Source: Tubiluchus corallicola (taxonomy: Eukaryota; Animalia; Priapulida). From it: a DNA stretch of 50,898 bases. Shown in pieces: positions 1 to 11,130 of the stretch. A program made the position numbers and the translations under genes. The notes beneath the pieces are model-generated. The model ran no database searches. It was given only the letters and a program-made list of their open reading frames with translations, and was not told the origin of the DNA. The stretch covers positions 25,817 through 76,714 of the forward strand of contig JAQGDQ010000955.1 in assembly GCA_030141605.1 (NCBI GenBank), read 5' to 3'. Positions within the stretch are counted from its first letter, which is position 1. Each line of letters starts with the position of its first letter.

Positions 1-1181
1 GTGACGACCACTGGCACCATTTTTGACTCTCTATGGTGTATTGTATAAAAGAATAAATAGTTTTGTCAGGAATGCGAAATAGGGGTTGTCTTTTACTTTA
101 TCCGAGCACGCCAGAGTTCATCACATGTGGATAAAAACAATTTTTAATACTAATTTTTTAAGGCAAGGGGTTTTTATCCAGACTTTTTTTACCGAGGGTC
201 CTAGTAGTTTGATTAAAACTGATGCTATTTTAGGCCATTATAATTTGTACTTAGAAATGACGAGGACGAACAGGAGGACAAACAAACGTTATTGCTTTTT
301 TTTATAAAAAAACGTGTAAAAATTATTTAGTGGTAATTTCAAAAATAATATTTCTACAAATCACTTACATACATACATATAACGAAAGAATTCAGTAAAC
401 CCCATCCCAGGTATAATAGGAAGAGAGGAGAGGATAATTACCGAAGAGTTCCATTGTCGCTGCAGCTGTACCAATGGGCTAGCCTCAGGTCGTGATACCG
501 TGGGTCCAGTTATCCAGGATCACATCTCAAGAATCAAGAAACCACACTGCTGGGGCTCACGCATTGCAGACTCCACCACCAGAGTGTTAGAAACAAGGAT
601 CCAGGGTCTCGAAACGTCTCCGTTTACTCCTATACTGTAGGAGTCAGCAAATGACGGAGGAAAGGAGAAAAGTTCCTCGTTCCCCGTCTTCAACTAGGCA
701 ACCTCCTTAGGCAGTTCCAAACTCCACCCAACAACCGTCATGATCTACGTGGCCAGATTACGAACACGACGAAGTTTCCTGCATACTAGTAACACTGCCT
801 AGGAACCGTCTGGTTTCCTCTCAGAGAAATTTGATTACACTGAGAACACCAAAACTAGCGAACTCACTATGAGATCTCAAAAGTTATGAGATCTCAAACT
901 TGCTGCCACAAAACGTGTGCTTCCAACGCAGCTTAAAAACCCGTAATGGCGGCAATAAGGAAAAATCACGGTTCAATGCTTTTCCAGGAGCGCGAAAATT
1001 ATCCTGTAACCATTCAAGACATGTGACAGGAAGATCGCCATCAAACAGGGAAAAGGGGAGAGGTATTAAAGGATGGGCAGAAAACCAACCCAAACATAAA
1101 ACAGAAATGAATATTTTATTTGGAGTACAAAATGAACTTTAGCATAATTTTAATACGGACGAGGACGTCTGTGACGTCACA
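1..1181 (-). repeat. 3' LTR (lacks first T because of the window edge)
   Basis: Copy of 7669-8848; ends gtcaca at 1181; PPT adjacent. Confidence 0.96.
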
Positions 1182-1198
1182 GAAGCCCTCCCCCAAGA
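1182..1198 (-). promoter_or_regulatory. Polypurine tract
   Basis: Minus strand GGGGGAGGG followed by CTTC, then the TG start of the 3' LTR. Confidence 0.85.
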
Positions 1199-2104
1199 GT
1201 GTGGTAACACTCTTAACCAATGGACGTATTAAAAGTATCTGGAGTGCATTTTGGTACAACATACATACATCATGGACACAATGCCACAGATCCTAACTAC
1301 TATATTGGAACAGGGGTCACAAATCTCTATTACTATTAAAAGTATATACAATAGCACACACAAAAAGAAACAAAAAAAATTGCAACTGACAGGTCATTGA
1401 ACCAATATGAAAAGAATTGGTAATGGTAATGTCAATCATTGCATTACAAAATTACAATATAACTCAAAAGAACGTCACCAAAGTTAAGTACTTGCACAAA
1501 CACAGTTCACAAAATTCTCCTGAGAGAAGCCGAAAGAAGATACCCTAAAATGGTTATATGAATCACATTAAAGGTTAAATGTACATGGTACTAAAAATAC
1601 ACTGCTAGCAGATTTTAACAGTGTGAGTGCTCAATGATCACACTGGGCTTCAACTCAAACATGGATATGTCCTCAAAGCAGGAAATCCTAGCTATGATTA
1701 ACAATAACAATGTCGTCTCACAAACAACAAGAATTGTAACCAAACATCGCTCAACGTCCTTCCATATGAATACAAGAAAGGGTGACTACGATAAGAGCAA
1801 ATTGTGAAGAGTAATTTGTATTTGGTAACAATAAAGTAAGAGAAAAACTCTCACCTACCTAATGACTACACAGTAATACAAATAATTTTCATATTCGTCA
1901 GTGCAGCTAGAATTAGCAACAATAAACATCAACAAAAGCATCTATATACATCACTACTACAAGAATTCAATTACATCAATATATAAATCGTGAAAATGTC
2001 AAGTGACTCAATGTGCGCCAAAAATCAATGTTTAACGCTAAAAGCAAGACTATCAGATATTATGCGATCTAGGAAAGGAAAAAAAAACGTTCTCCATTTT
2101 CGAA

Positions 2105-5100
2105 TCACAAACGCGACAGAGCATCCGCCACTCTGTTTTCACAACCAGGGACATGTTCTATATCAAATGCGTATTCACTTAATTTAAGTGCCCAGTGGCA
2201 TAATCTACGATTTTTCGTTTTCATTTTATCCAAAGCAAGCAAACTGCACTGATCAGTACGAACAGTAAAATGTCGACCTTCCAAGTAGTATCTTAGTTTC
2301 TCAACACTGAACACTACACTCAAACATTCAAGCTCCACCACAGAGTACCTAGTCTCTGGCTGAGTCAACTTGCGACTAATATATGTTATTGGCACTTCAG
2401 CTAACCCGTCTCCCTTATCTTGAGACAGAACAGCCCCTAAACCGATAAAGCTAGCATCAGTGGTTAGGTAAAAGGGCTTAGTAAAGTCTGGTGAATGGAG
2501 TACGGACTCGGAAGATAATGCATCTTGAAGCTGACGAAAGCTACTTTCAGTGGCCTCAGTCCACTCAACTTGGACCGGGGCATACTTTTCAGTAAGAGCA
2601 TGGAGAGGCGCCGCGATGCTACTAAAATGGGGGATAAAACGCCTATAAAAACTGACCATACCCAAAAACCTGCGCACCTGCGTTTTTGTCTGTGGGCGCA
2701 AAAATTGACGTATCCGTTCCACTTTGGATAATTGTGGTTTAAGTCTATTTTTCCCCACTACATATCCCAGGAATTCGACTTCCTGTTGTGCAAAATGACA
2801 TTTTTTAGGTTTAACTGTCACTCCAGCCTTGCGAATGTTGTAAAGTGTGTAATCAACATGCTTTAAATGATCAGTCCAGTTTGGAGATTTAATGATAACA
2901 TCATCAATATACCCACTAGAACAATATGAAACCGGATCTAATATGCGGTCAATAAGAGACTGAGCCGAGGCTGCAGCATTCATTAACCCAAAAGGCATAA
3001 CAGTAAACTCAAATTTACCGAAATTAGTAACAAAGGCTGAAACAGGCTGAGATTCCGGGGCCAATTCAATTTGCCAATAGGCTTTTGACAAATCTAGAGT
3101 TGATATCCACTTTGCGCCATGAAGATCATCAATCATGTCGTCTGGACGTGGTGTTGGATAAGGTGAAAATATTGTTCTCTTGTTCAAGGCTCTGTAGTCA
3201 ACACATGGACGCCACTGGCTAACGCCATCCATAGGAGGCTTGGGAACAACTAGCATTGGAGATGAATACTCGGAATCCGAACGACGAATGACACCCAAAT
3301 CTAACATATCTTTGATTTCTTTACGGATAATATCTAAACGAGCTTGCGGTACTCGATAAGAATGCTGTTGGACAGGGGTCTTGTCATGAAGGTTAATGTA
3401 ATGTTGAACCAATTTTGTTCTGCCGGGAAGATCGGTAAACATCTGGGGGTATGAATGGAATATGTTCCTCATTTGTTCCTTAGCTTCCTCAGATAAATAG
3501 TCAGGCAATTCGACATCCTCCACAGATTGTGTGGCAACTGCAGTTGGGAAAAATGCATACTCTGGAAGATCACAAGCTTCGGTTTTGCCAGAACCTATCT
3601 TGTTACAAGTCTCTTCAACTTCTTGCCAGTTAATAGAAGCATCATCCCTGTCTTCATTGTGTAGAGCCATAAGAACAAGTTCTTCTTCTCTATCAATGTA
3701 AGCTTTAAGTCTGTTAGCATGAAACGTACTTAAGCTTCTCCTACTTCCAGGCTTACCTAGCTTGACTCGATAAGTGCATTCAGAGAGTTTGTCAACTATG
3801 GGGTATGGACCACGCCATGTAGTTGCCATCTTACTACCCTTTTTCATCCGTTGAACAAGGACTTTATCACCAATATTGAAACTACGTTGCTTAGATACAC
3901 GATCAAACCAAGATTTTTGAGCAAGTTTAGCCCTCCTAAGAGAATTGTGTGCATCCTCTAAGGTTTCATCCAATGTGTTTATGATACGGGAGACATAGTC
4001 ATCCACGTCTTCCAGCTCAGGTAGTTTCTCACAGCCCCACCGCTCTTTCAACATAGCTAAAGGGCCCCGAAGTGGGTAACCAAAAACTAATTCATTGGGG
4101 GAGTAATGAGTAGACTCCTGGGGAACTTCACGATAGGCAAACAGAACGAATGGAATAGCCAAATCCCAAGGAAGGTGGGGATGATCTTGAATAAGTTTTC
4201 TGATAGAGGCTTTGAGTGTGGAATTGTATCGTTCAACAAGACCATTGGTTGAAGGGGCATAAGCAGAAGTATAGATACCTTTGACCCCAAGCTGTTCTTC
4301 CAACTGCTGAGTAAGCTTGGAAGTGAACTGAGTTCCTCTATCAGTCAGTATTTCTTTTGGAATGCCATATCTGCAGCAAAATTCTACCAGTTTGTTTAGA
4401 ATAGTTGTTGTTTCAATATTTGGGATGGGATAGCAATCCGGATAACGAGTGGCGTGATCTACAATCACTAAAGCGTACTTATTCCCATCTGGAGTACGAC
4501 TAAGAGGACCTATGATGTCCATGCCAATGCGGAAAAATGGCTGCTTTGGTATTGGTAAAGGACGGAGAGGAAGCCTATCACCTCTCTGTAAACGACCATT
4601 TTTCTGACATGAAGGGCAAGAACGGCAGTAACCCCGCACAGCGTGTTTTATCTTGGGCCAAATGTATTCCATAAGAATACGGTCTGCTGTTTTCCTAATG
4701 CCTAGGTGACCCGCCATTTTGTTATCATGAGCAATTTCAAGGACTTGGCGCCGACGAGATTTAGGAAGAACTAAAAGTTCTCTAGGTTTGCCAGCCTTAG
4801 TGTGCTTACAGAGATAATAAAGCATTCCATCTTTAAGGAAATATCCTTTTCCATTCTGCTCTGCAATTTCAAATGTTGTAGCGTGATCAATGTAGTTTGC
4901 TAATGAAGGGTCATTATGTTGTTCTTGTTTGAGTTGTTCAAACGAGACAGTAATCAACTGAGCCTGCTCTTGTTTGAATTGTTCTAGGTTAGAATGTTCT
5001 TGTGTAGAATATGTACTGTGTTCAAGTTGTTTATGTAACTCTTGATCACGTACTGCTTTAGCCTGCAGTTCTGCAGCTTTTGTACGTGTAACTGCAAAAC

Positions 5101-6994
5101 TATCAGAGATTTGTGGATCGCTAGACAATTTCGATTGTTCGTTGTCTGAGATTTGTGTATTATTTCCAGCTGGGCCTTCATGAAGGTTTGATTCATCATT
5201 GGGTGTAAAAGGCCTCAGTGTAGATAAATAATCATTGCCCAATAGAAGCTCTGCTGGGAGGTCAGACATCACACTAACTGTAAGCCAACCAGCGAAGTTA
5301 GGACCTACAACTTTAATCTCTGCTGTACGACATGGCTCGACATGACCATGCACACATCTAACAGGTTTAGGGTCAGACTTCAGATACTGATCTTTATCAA
5401 CAAAACGTGGGTGGATCATAGAAACTGTGGCACCACTGTCTCTTTGCCCCAAAACAGGAATGTCATTCACAAGAGCCTCAAACATAAACGGTATATTATT
5501 AACTGGAATGTCTTGAAGTTTATTAGAACTAGTGTATGTTGATTCGTGATCACAACTACCAAACAAAGTCTTAACCGGAGTTTTATTTCTGCTGGTTTTG
5601 TTTGCCTTGTTAACAATATTAGTTGCATTTTGCCCATTGTTATTTTGGTGATTGTTCCGCTGTGATGCTTGGCACTCTGGTCTTCTGTGACCAGGCTTAC
5701 CACATTTATAACAAACTATCTTCTGTTTGTCATCAAGTTTATTATCAGAAACGTTTACTAAGGTATTGTTATTGTAAGGTTGTTTCTGAGAAAATTTTCC
5801 TGTTTTCCAAGGAGTAAAAGAGTGATTCCTAGAGTCAGTCTCCTTGGAGCTAATAAATTTGTCAGCTTCCATGGCCATTTCAAGACCATTCTCAAATTCG
5901 TGTCTTTTTAGCCATGTGCGGACATCAGATGTTAAATTATCCATAAACTGTTCCATAGCCATGGCTTCAAAAAGCTTGGAATAGGAATCAACAGCATTAA
6001 TTGCTTCACAGAAATCGGTTAATGCACGAACCACTTTTAACCAATACTGATGACATGTTTCGTTGTGACCCTTAGTAAGAGCCCTAAAGCGTTTCCGGTA
6101 AGCATCTGTTGTTAAAATGTAAGCAGCTAAAAGAGACTTCCTTACATAAGAATAATCTTTAATATGCTCCTTAGGTATTTGCTGATATGCGTCAGCAGCT
6201 CGGCCAGATAGAGCAGGACCTAAAAGGGCAGACCAATTTGCCTCGGGAATATCATTAGATGTAGCACATGATTCAAACCAATTCAAATACCTCTGAATGT
6301 CATCAGAAGATTCACGAAAACCTCGGACTTTCATTCTATTAAATGGGTTGGTAGGTACAACAGAAGTATTTGTCAAAGCCGCACTTCTGTTTAAAAGTTC
6401 TAATTTCCTTAACTCAAATTCCATCTCTTCCTTGCGCATGCGCTCAGCACGTTCACCTTGTTCTTTTTCATGCTGCAAAATGTCACGAACCAAATCGGGA
6501 TTCATACCTTGAAGATTCTCAAGAGAAAACCCAGAAATACCACACTGTTTATCATTACCCCATCCACTGGAGGTAGGAATAACATTTTGTGCAGGTTTAA
6601 GAGCATCTTCTTCAATACCAACACCTTTTCCTGACTGAGAAATCTCCAGCCAAGTAGTAGAGAAAGGATCTTTTGGCTTAACACTTTGAAGAGGTGTACT
6701 AGCCTGGCCAATTTTGGAAGATTCTATAATTCGTTCAGCAACAGAACCAGGAGATCTAATTGATGTATCATGCAATGTGTCAGTTTTATCAGAATTAATA
6801 AATGTTTTTCCCTGTAGAGGAACTTGTTGCATTTTAAGAATATGCTGTTGCGCTTTAATTATATGTTCAATTAATTCTTGCTTACTGACATGCGTAACAT
6901 CGACAAGTAAATGAAGTGTGCTTGCTACCCTGGAAAGTTCATCTTTTTTCATTTTATTCAACCGTGTCTTGTTGTAAATAGTTGCCTCAGCCAT
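2105..6994 (-). CDS. Gag-Pol polyprotein: HeH/LEM-like N-terminus, SCAN-like capsid, CCHC knuckle, aspartic protease, integrase, reverse transcriptase, RNase H
   Basis: ORF open from 7024; first ATG at 6994 (MAEAT). Motifs in order: EQFMDNL..DVRTWL (SCAN-like), CYKCGKPGHRRPEC (5672-5713), DSGAT (~5430), HDNKMAGH...CPSC, DIIGP/DRGTQF/ERYN, WRGPYP (~3810), WRPCVDYRALN, YIDD (2900-2911), TDAS...ELECL...ADALSR. No stops or frameshifts. Confidence 0.97.
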   Translation of the reverse strand: MAEATIYNKTRLNKMKKDELSRVASTLHLLVDVTHVSKQELIEHIIKAQQHILKMQQVPLQGKTFINSDKTDTLHDTSIRSPGSVAERIIESSKIGQASTPLQSVKPKDPFSTTWLEISQSGKGVGIEEDALKPAQNVIPTSSGWGNDKQCGISGFSLENLQGMNPDLVRDILQHEKEQGERAERMRKEEMEFELRKLELLNRSAALTNTSVVPTNPFNRMKVRGFRESSDDIQRYLNWFESCATSNDIPEANWSALLGPALSGRAADAYQQIPKEHIKDYSYVRKSLLAAYILTTDAYRKRFRALTKGHNETCHQYWLKVVRALTDFCEAINAVDSYSKLFEAMAMEQFMDNLTSDVRTWLKRHEFENGLEMAMEADKFISSKETDSRNHSFTPWKTGKFSQKQPYNNNTLVNVSDNKLDDKQKIVCYKCGKPGHRRPECQASQRNNHQNNNGQNATNIVNKANKTSRNKTPVKTLFGSCDHESTYTSSNKLQDIPVNNIPFMFEALVNDIPVLGQRDSGATVSMIHPRFVDKDQYLKSDPKPVRCVHGHVEPCRTAEIKVVGPNFAGWLTVSVMSDLPAELLLGNDYLSTLRPFTPNDESNLHEGPAGNNTQISDNEQSKLSSDPQISDSFAVTRTKAAELQAKAVRDQELHKQLEHSTYSTQEHSNLEQFKQEQAQLITVSFEQLKQEQHNDPSLANYIDHATTFEIAEQNGKGYFLKDGMLYYLCKHTKAGKPRELLVLPKSRRRQVLEIAHDNKMAGHLGIRKTADRILMEYIWPKIKHAVRGYCRSCPSCQKNGRLQRGDRLPLRPLPIPKQPFFRIGMDIIGPLSRTPDGNKYALVIVDHATRYPDCYPIPNIETTTILNKLVEFCCRYGIPKEILTDRGTQFTSKLTQQLEEQLGVKGIYTSAYAPSTNGLVERYNSTLKASIRKLIQDHPHLPWDLAIPFVLFAYREVPQESTHYSPNELVFGYPLRGPLAMLKERWGCEKLPELEDVDDYVSRIINTLDETLEDAHNSLRRAKLAQKSWFDRVSKQRSFNIGDKVLVQRMKKGSKMATTWRGPYPIVDKLSECTYRVKLGKPGSRRSLSTFHANRLKAYIDREEELVLMALHNEDRDDASINWQEVEETCNKIGSGKTEACDLPEYAFFPTAVATQSVEDVELPDYLSEEAKEQMRNIFHSYPQMFTDLPGRTKLVQHYINLHDKTPVQQHSYRVPQARLDIIRKEIKDMLDLGVIRRSDSEYSSPMLVVPKPPMDGVSQWRPCVDYRALNKRTIFSPYPTPRPDDMIDDLHGAKWISTLDLSKAYWQIELAPESQPVSAFVTNFGKFEFTVMPFGLMNAAASAQSLIDRILDPVSYCSSGYIDDVIIKSPNWTDHLKHVDYTLYNIRKAGVTVKPKKCHFAQQEVEFLGYVVGKNRLKPQLSKVERIRQFLRPQTKTQVRRFLGMVSFYRRFIPHFSSIAAPLHALTEKYAPVQVEWTEATESSFRQLQDALSSESVLHSPDFTKPFYLTTDASFIGLGAVLSQDKGDGLAEVPITYISRKLTQPETRYSVVELECLSVVFSVEKLRYYLEGRHFTVRTDQCSLLALDKMKTKNRRLCHWALKLSEYAFDIEHVPGCENRVADALSRL

Positions 6995-7652
6995 TCTGCA
7001 TGAAAACGCACAACTTTTAAACAAATAAGATCACTTTAATCACACTTGCGCGTATGTACACCAAAAAATTATCAAACAGTCATGCATAATGTCAACCACC
7101 GCTTGAAAGGTCGCGCATAATTAATATCCGTACGAAAAGTATATTCTGCTACTGTCAGTAGCATACGACTCGTATGTGCGCCGCACTCAAGAGAGCAGAA
7201 ATAATTCAAGAAAAAGAACAATAGCGGGCGAGCTAAATTATGGGCACTCAACCCCAACCTCAAGGAAAACTAAAAAATGCTCTACAAACAGTCTCAAAAT
7301 TTTATAAGTATGGAACTACACTGGAAATTCCCTACATAGAATTGCGAGCTGTAGGCTTTTCAATTACAGCAAACTTCTAAGCCAATAAATCAAGAACATA
7401 TTTGGACTGAAAATATCAACAAATTTGTCCTATACAGTTAACGAAAGTAATAAATTTGGCTTCCTGGGTCTGTACGCAAAGCTCTAGTTTAACGCAACTA
7501 TATAGCAAAATACTGTATTGTGCTACAAACAGGAAACGATTTCAAAACGTAAACAATTCACGTAAATACATTAAGCACAATTTTAGGCCACTCAGTCATA
7601 AAATCCAGTAACAACCAGTAAACAAACCGTTATCACCAAAAAACTACTGGTA

Positions 7653-7665
7653 ACTTCTGACACCA
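7653..7665 (-). promoter_or_regulatory. Primer-binding site, tRNA-Leu type
   Basis: Minus strand reads TGGTGTCAGAAGT 2 nt after the LTR CA end; complementary to the ...ACTTCTGACACCA 3' end of eukaryotic tRNA-Leu. Confidence 0.88.
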
Positions 7666-7667
7666 AT

Positions 7668-8848
7668 TGTGACGACCACTGGCACCATTTTTGACTCTCT
7701 ATGGTGTATTGTATAAAAGAATAAATAGTTTTGTCAGGAATGCAAAATAGGGGTTGCCTTTTACTTTATCCGAGCACGCCAGAGTTCATCACATGTGGAT
7801 AAAAACAATTTTTAATACTAATTTTTTTTAAGGCAAGGGGTTTTTATCCAGACTTTTTTAACGAGGGTCCTAGTAGTTTGATTAAAACTGATGCTATTTT
7901 AGGCCATTATAATTTGTACTTAGAAATGACGAGGACGAACAGGAGGACAAACAAACGTGATTGCTTTGTTTATAAAAAAACGTGTAAAAATTATTTAGTG
8001 GTAATTTCAAAAATAATATTTCTACAAATCACTTACATACATACATATAACGCAAGAATTCAGTTAACCCCATCCCAGGTATAATAGGAAGAGAGGAGAG
8101 GATAATTACCGAAGAGTTCCATTGTCGCTGCAGCTGTACCAATGGGCTAGCCTCAGGTCGTGATACCGTGGGTCCAGTTATCCAGGATCACATCTCAAGA
8201 ATCAAGAAACCACACTGCTGGGGCTCACGCATTGCAGACTCCACCACCAGGGTGTTAGAAACAAGGATCCAGGGTCTCGAAACGTCTCCGTTTACTCCTA
8301 TACTGTAGGAGTCAGCAAATGACGGAGGAAAGGAGAAAAGTTCCTCGTTCCCAGTCTTCAACTAGGCAACCTCCTTAGGCAGTTCCAAACTCCACCCAAC
8401 AACCGTCATGATCTACGTGGCCAGATTACGAACACGACGAAGTTTCCTGCATACTAGTAACACTGCCTAGGAACCGTCTGGTTTCCTCTCAGAGAAATTT
8501 GATTACACTGAGAACACCAAAACTAGCGAACTCATTATGAGATCTCAAAAGTTACGAGACCTCAAACCTGCTGCAACAAAACGCGTAGCTTCAAAAACAG
8601 CTCAAACCCGCAATGGCGGCAATAAGGAAAAATCACGGTTCAATGCTTTTCCAGGAGCGCGAAAATTATCCTGTAACCATTCAAGACATGTGACAGGAAG
8701 ATCGCCATCAAACAGGGAAAAGGGGAGAGGTATTAAAGGATGGGCAGAAAACCAACCCAAACATAAAAAAGAAATGAATATTTTATTTGGAGTACAAAAT
8801 GAACTTTAGCATAATTTTAATACGGACGAGGACGTCTGTGACGTCACA
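7668..8848 (-). repeat. 5' LTR (1181 bp)
   Basis: Starts tgtgacg at 7668, ends cgtcaca at 8848; about 98% identical by eye to 1-1181; adjacent to the PBS. Confidence 0.96.
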
Positions 8849-9278
8849 ACAAGAAAGTATTAACATTATGCACTCTCCAAAAGTTTAGGAAATAAGCCCA
8901 CCTGCTGTCCATCTTGCTAGAACACATGAACTTATGCACATCTGTTCAATGGAAAATAGGATAGGCAGTTAAAAAATGCAACAAAATTTTAAACTTACTA
9001 CTTTTGTGGCTCTTCGTGGTGTAGGAGAGAAATCTGCATTCACCTCCATCAGTTCTGAACTCCCCTATTTCAATATCTTCTTTTCTCGCGCATATACTGC
9101 AATAATTAAGATGTAATTATTACAAATATGCGAATACACTTACTGTGTGAATTGCTCGAGACAAACGCCCAAAGGCAGCCAAGAAAATCTAAACATTATG
9201 CGTTGAAAAAAGTTTTTAAACTTTACTATGTTAACCGTACCTGCTTGTCCTTCTTGCTGGAAGGCACTCATCACCGTC
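8849..9278 (-). pseudogene. Putative spliced exons of an unknown gene (9278-9241, 9096-8999, 8941-8849) running into the LTR
   Basis: Canonical junctions with compatible phases: ttcacag|GAC...AG|gtacgg; ttattgcag|T...A|gtaagt; 57-nt intron; ttgaacag|AT. Joined frame DGDECLPARRTSSICARKEDIEIGEFRTDGGECRFLSYTTKSHKSNVHKFMCSSKMDSRWAYFLNFWRVHNVNTFL stays open to the LTR. No family recognised. Confidence 0.5.
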
Positions 9279-10061
9279 CTGTGAATACAAGGAAACCAAC
9301 CACGGTACAAGTTACAAGTCCCGTTGATCCAAAAGTATCTCTACGTCTGTTTGCTTGCATTGCAAGATCTTCTGAAATTTGTGAAGCTTCTTTAAGACGT
9401 CTGTCATCCAGAACCACAATAAGAAATGATTTGTCTCCAGAGACGCTGTTGCTACGAACTCACCAACAAGCATTTATGACATCATAACCACTTACGTCCG
9501 GATATTAGAGGGAATGTTAGCGATTAATATTAAAATATAGCATTTTTAATTAGAAAAAAACTTATTATAAGGTATAATTTTACAACTTAATCTCGTGCAA
9601 CTTAGTTTTCGGCTGGAAATGGGACGGACACTAAAAACACGCGTAAGAAATGGGAAATTTATATGGCTTTATAAAACTTACTTTAATTAAAGCTGCATCA
9701 ATGGCAGTAATAAGGTAATTAACCTTAGTTATAAAGTAATAAAGTAAATGAAGTAAATAAACGACAGCGGTGGTGACGACCGAAAGATAATTGTAGTGAG
9801 GGAAATGATGACGACAATGGCGACGACAACGACGACGACGGTAACAGAAATTAAGGTGTGGTAACAATCATAACAAAATGGACCTCTAATCGGATTAGAG
9901 ATCTACATACCAACCAAAAAACTGATTCAACAAGAAAACTTTTGAGTCTCGACTGTCCCAGCCCACGCCCATTCCATTACATTTGAGCTAGGGGTCTCTG
10001 TGAGTTTCATGACCCACGGACCTGTGAGTTACGAGTCATTAAGGAAATATTAACGCACAAA

Positions 10062-10062
<1 letters not shown>

Positions 10063-10098
<36 letters not shown>

Positions 10099-10243
10099 CA
10101 TAATCATAATCATAATCATAATCATAATCATAATCATAATCATAATCATAATCATAATCATAATCATAATCATAATCATAATCATAATCATAATCATAAT
10201 CATAATCATAATCATAATCATAATCATAATCATAATCATAATC

Positions 10244-10316
<73 letters not shown>
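10063..10316. repeat. Compound microsatellite (AAT)n(AATCAT)n(AAT)n
   Basis: Directly visible. Confidence 0.98.
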
Positions 10317-10317
<1 letters not shown>

Positions 10318-10555
10318 TGGCCGTATAACAAAAAGATTCTACGATGTAGCAAAGTCTTAATAATTTACTAATACAGTCACTACATGTGGCAAGTCAAGTA
10401 CTGTAAAACTAATGCTTGTTCTTGTTTACTTAAGAAATGACTACTTTTTATGTTCCTGGATCAACGTGACCAACTCATGTCCTCACACACGAGTATGGAC
10501 ATGAAAATTTTAGATGCATAATCACTCGCGATGAACATCCAAACACAACTTACTG

Positions 10556-10745
10556 AAACACATGAAGTTATGCACGTCATTTCAATGAAAATAGGATAGG
10601 CTGTTTAAAATGGAATAAAATTTTTTAACTTTTCACTTCGGTGGCTCTTCGTGATGTATGAGAAACATCTACATTCGTCTCAGCTATTTCAGAACTCCTG
10701 TGTTTTCTATCACTTTTTTTCTCGCGCATAAACTGCAATAATCCA
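10556..10745 (-). pseudogene. Diverged, frame-disrupted duplicate of the 8920-9105 segment
   Basis: Shares catgaa.ttatgcac, gaaaataggataggc, gtggctcttcgtg and ttctcgcgcata.actgcaataat with 8925-9105; frameshifted and the gtaagt donor is lost. Confidence 0.6.
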
Positions 10746-10951
10746 GAGTTAGTAATTAAAAATAAGCTAATACAATCACTGTATGAGTATCGTCATGTCA
10801 AAAAGCCTAATCATTGTTTAATTTACTAGAAAATGTCTAGGCTATTTTTGTGTTTTTGAGATTACGTGATCAATTCCTGCTTTGGAAACTTAAGTTACGT
10901 AAGTGTGGACGTGGCATTGTGAACCTAGACAAGATAACTAGAACGAAGACA

Positions 10952-11130
10952 ACATAACATGACATGACATGACATGACATGACATGACATAACATACCAT
11001 GACATGACATGACATGACATGACATGACATGACATGACATGACATGACATGACATGACATGACATGACATGACATAACATAACATAACATAACATAACAT
11101 AACATAACATAACATAACATAACATAATAT
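10952..11130. repeat. Pentanucleotide microsatellite (ACATG)n(ACATA)n
   Basis: Directly visible. Confidence 0.98.

Larger units (their letters stand above)
1..8848 (-). mobile_element. Ty3/Gypsy LTR retrotransposon, Gmr1-like (PR-IN-RT-RH order), essentially full length
   Basis: Direct repeats 1-1181 and 7668-8848 with TGTGACG...CGTCACA ends (window starts 1 nt inside the left LTR). PBS next to the right LTR, PPT next to the left LTR, single gag-pol ORF between them. Left TSD is outside the window. Confidence 0.97.

Noticed and set aside
86-1142. Short ORFs in the LTRs and ORFs overlapping gag-pol
   Set aside because: No recognisable motifs; starts and stops differ between the two LTR copies; the overlapping ones are shadow frames.
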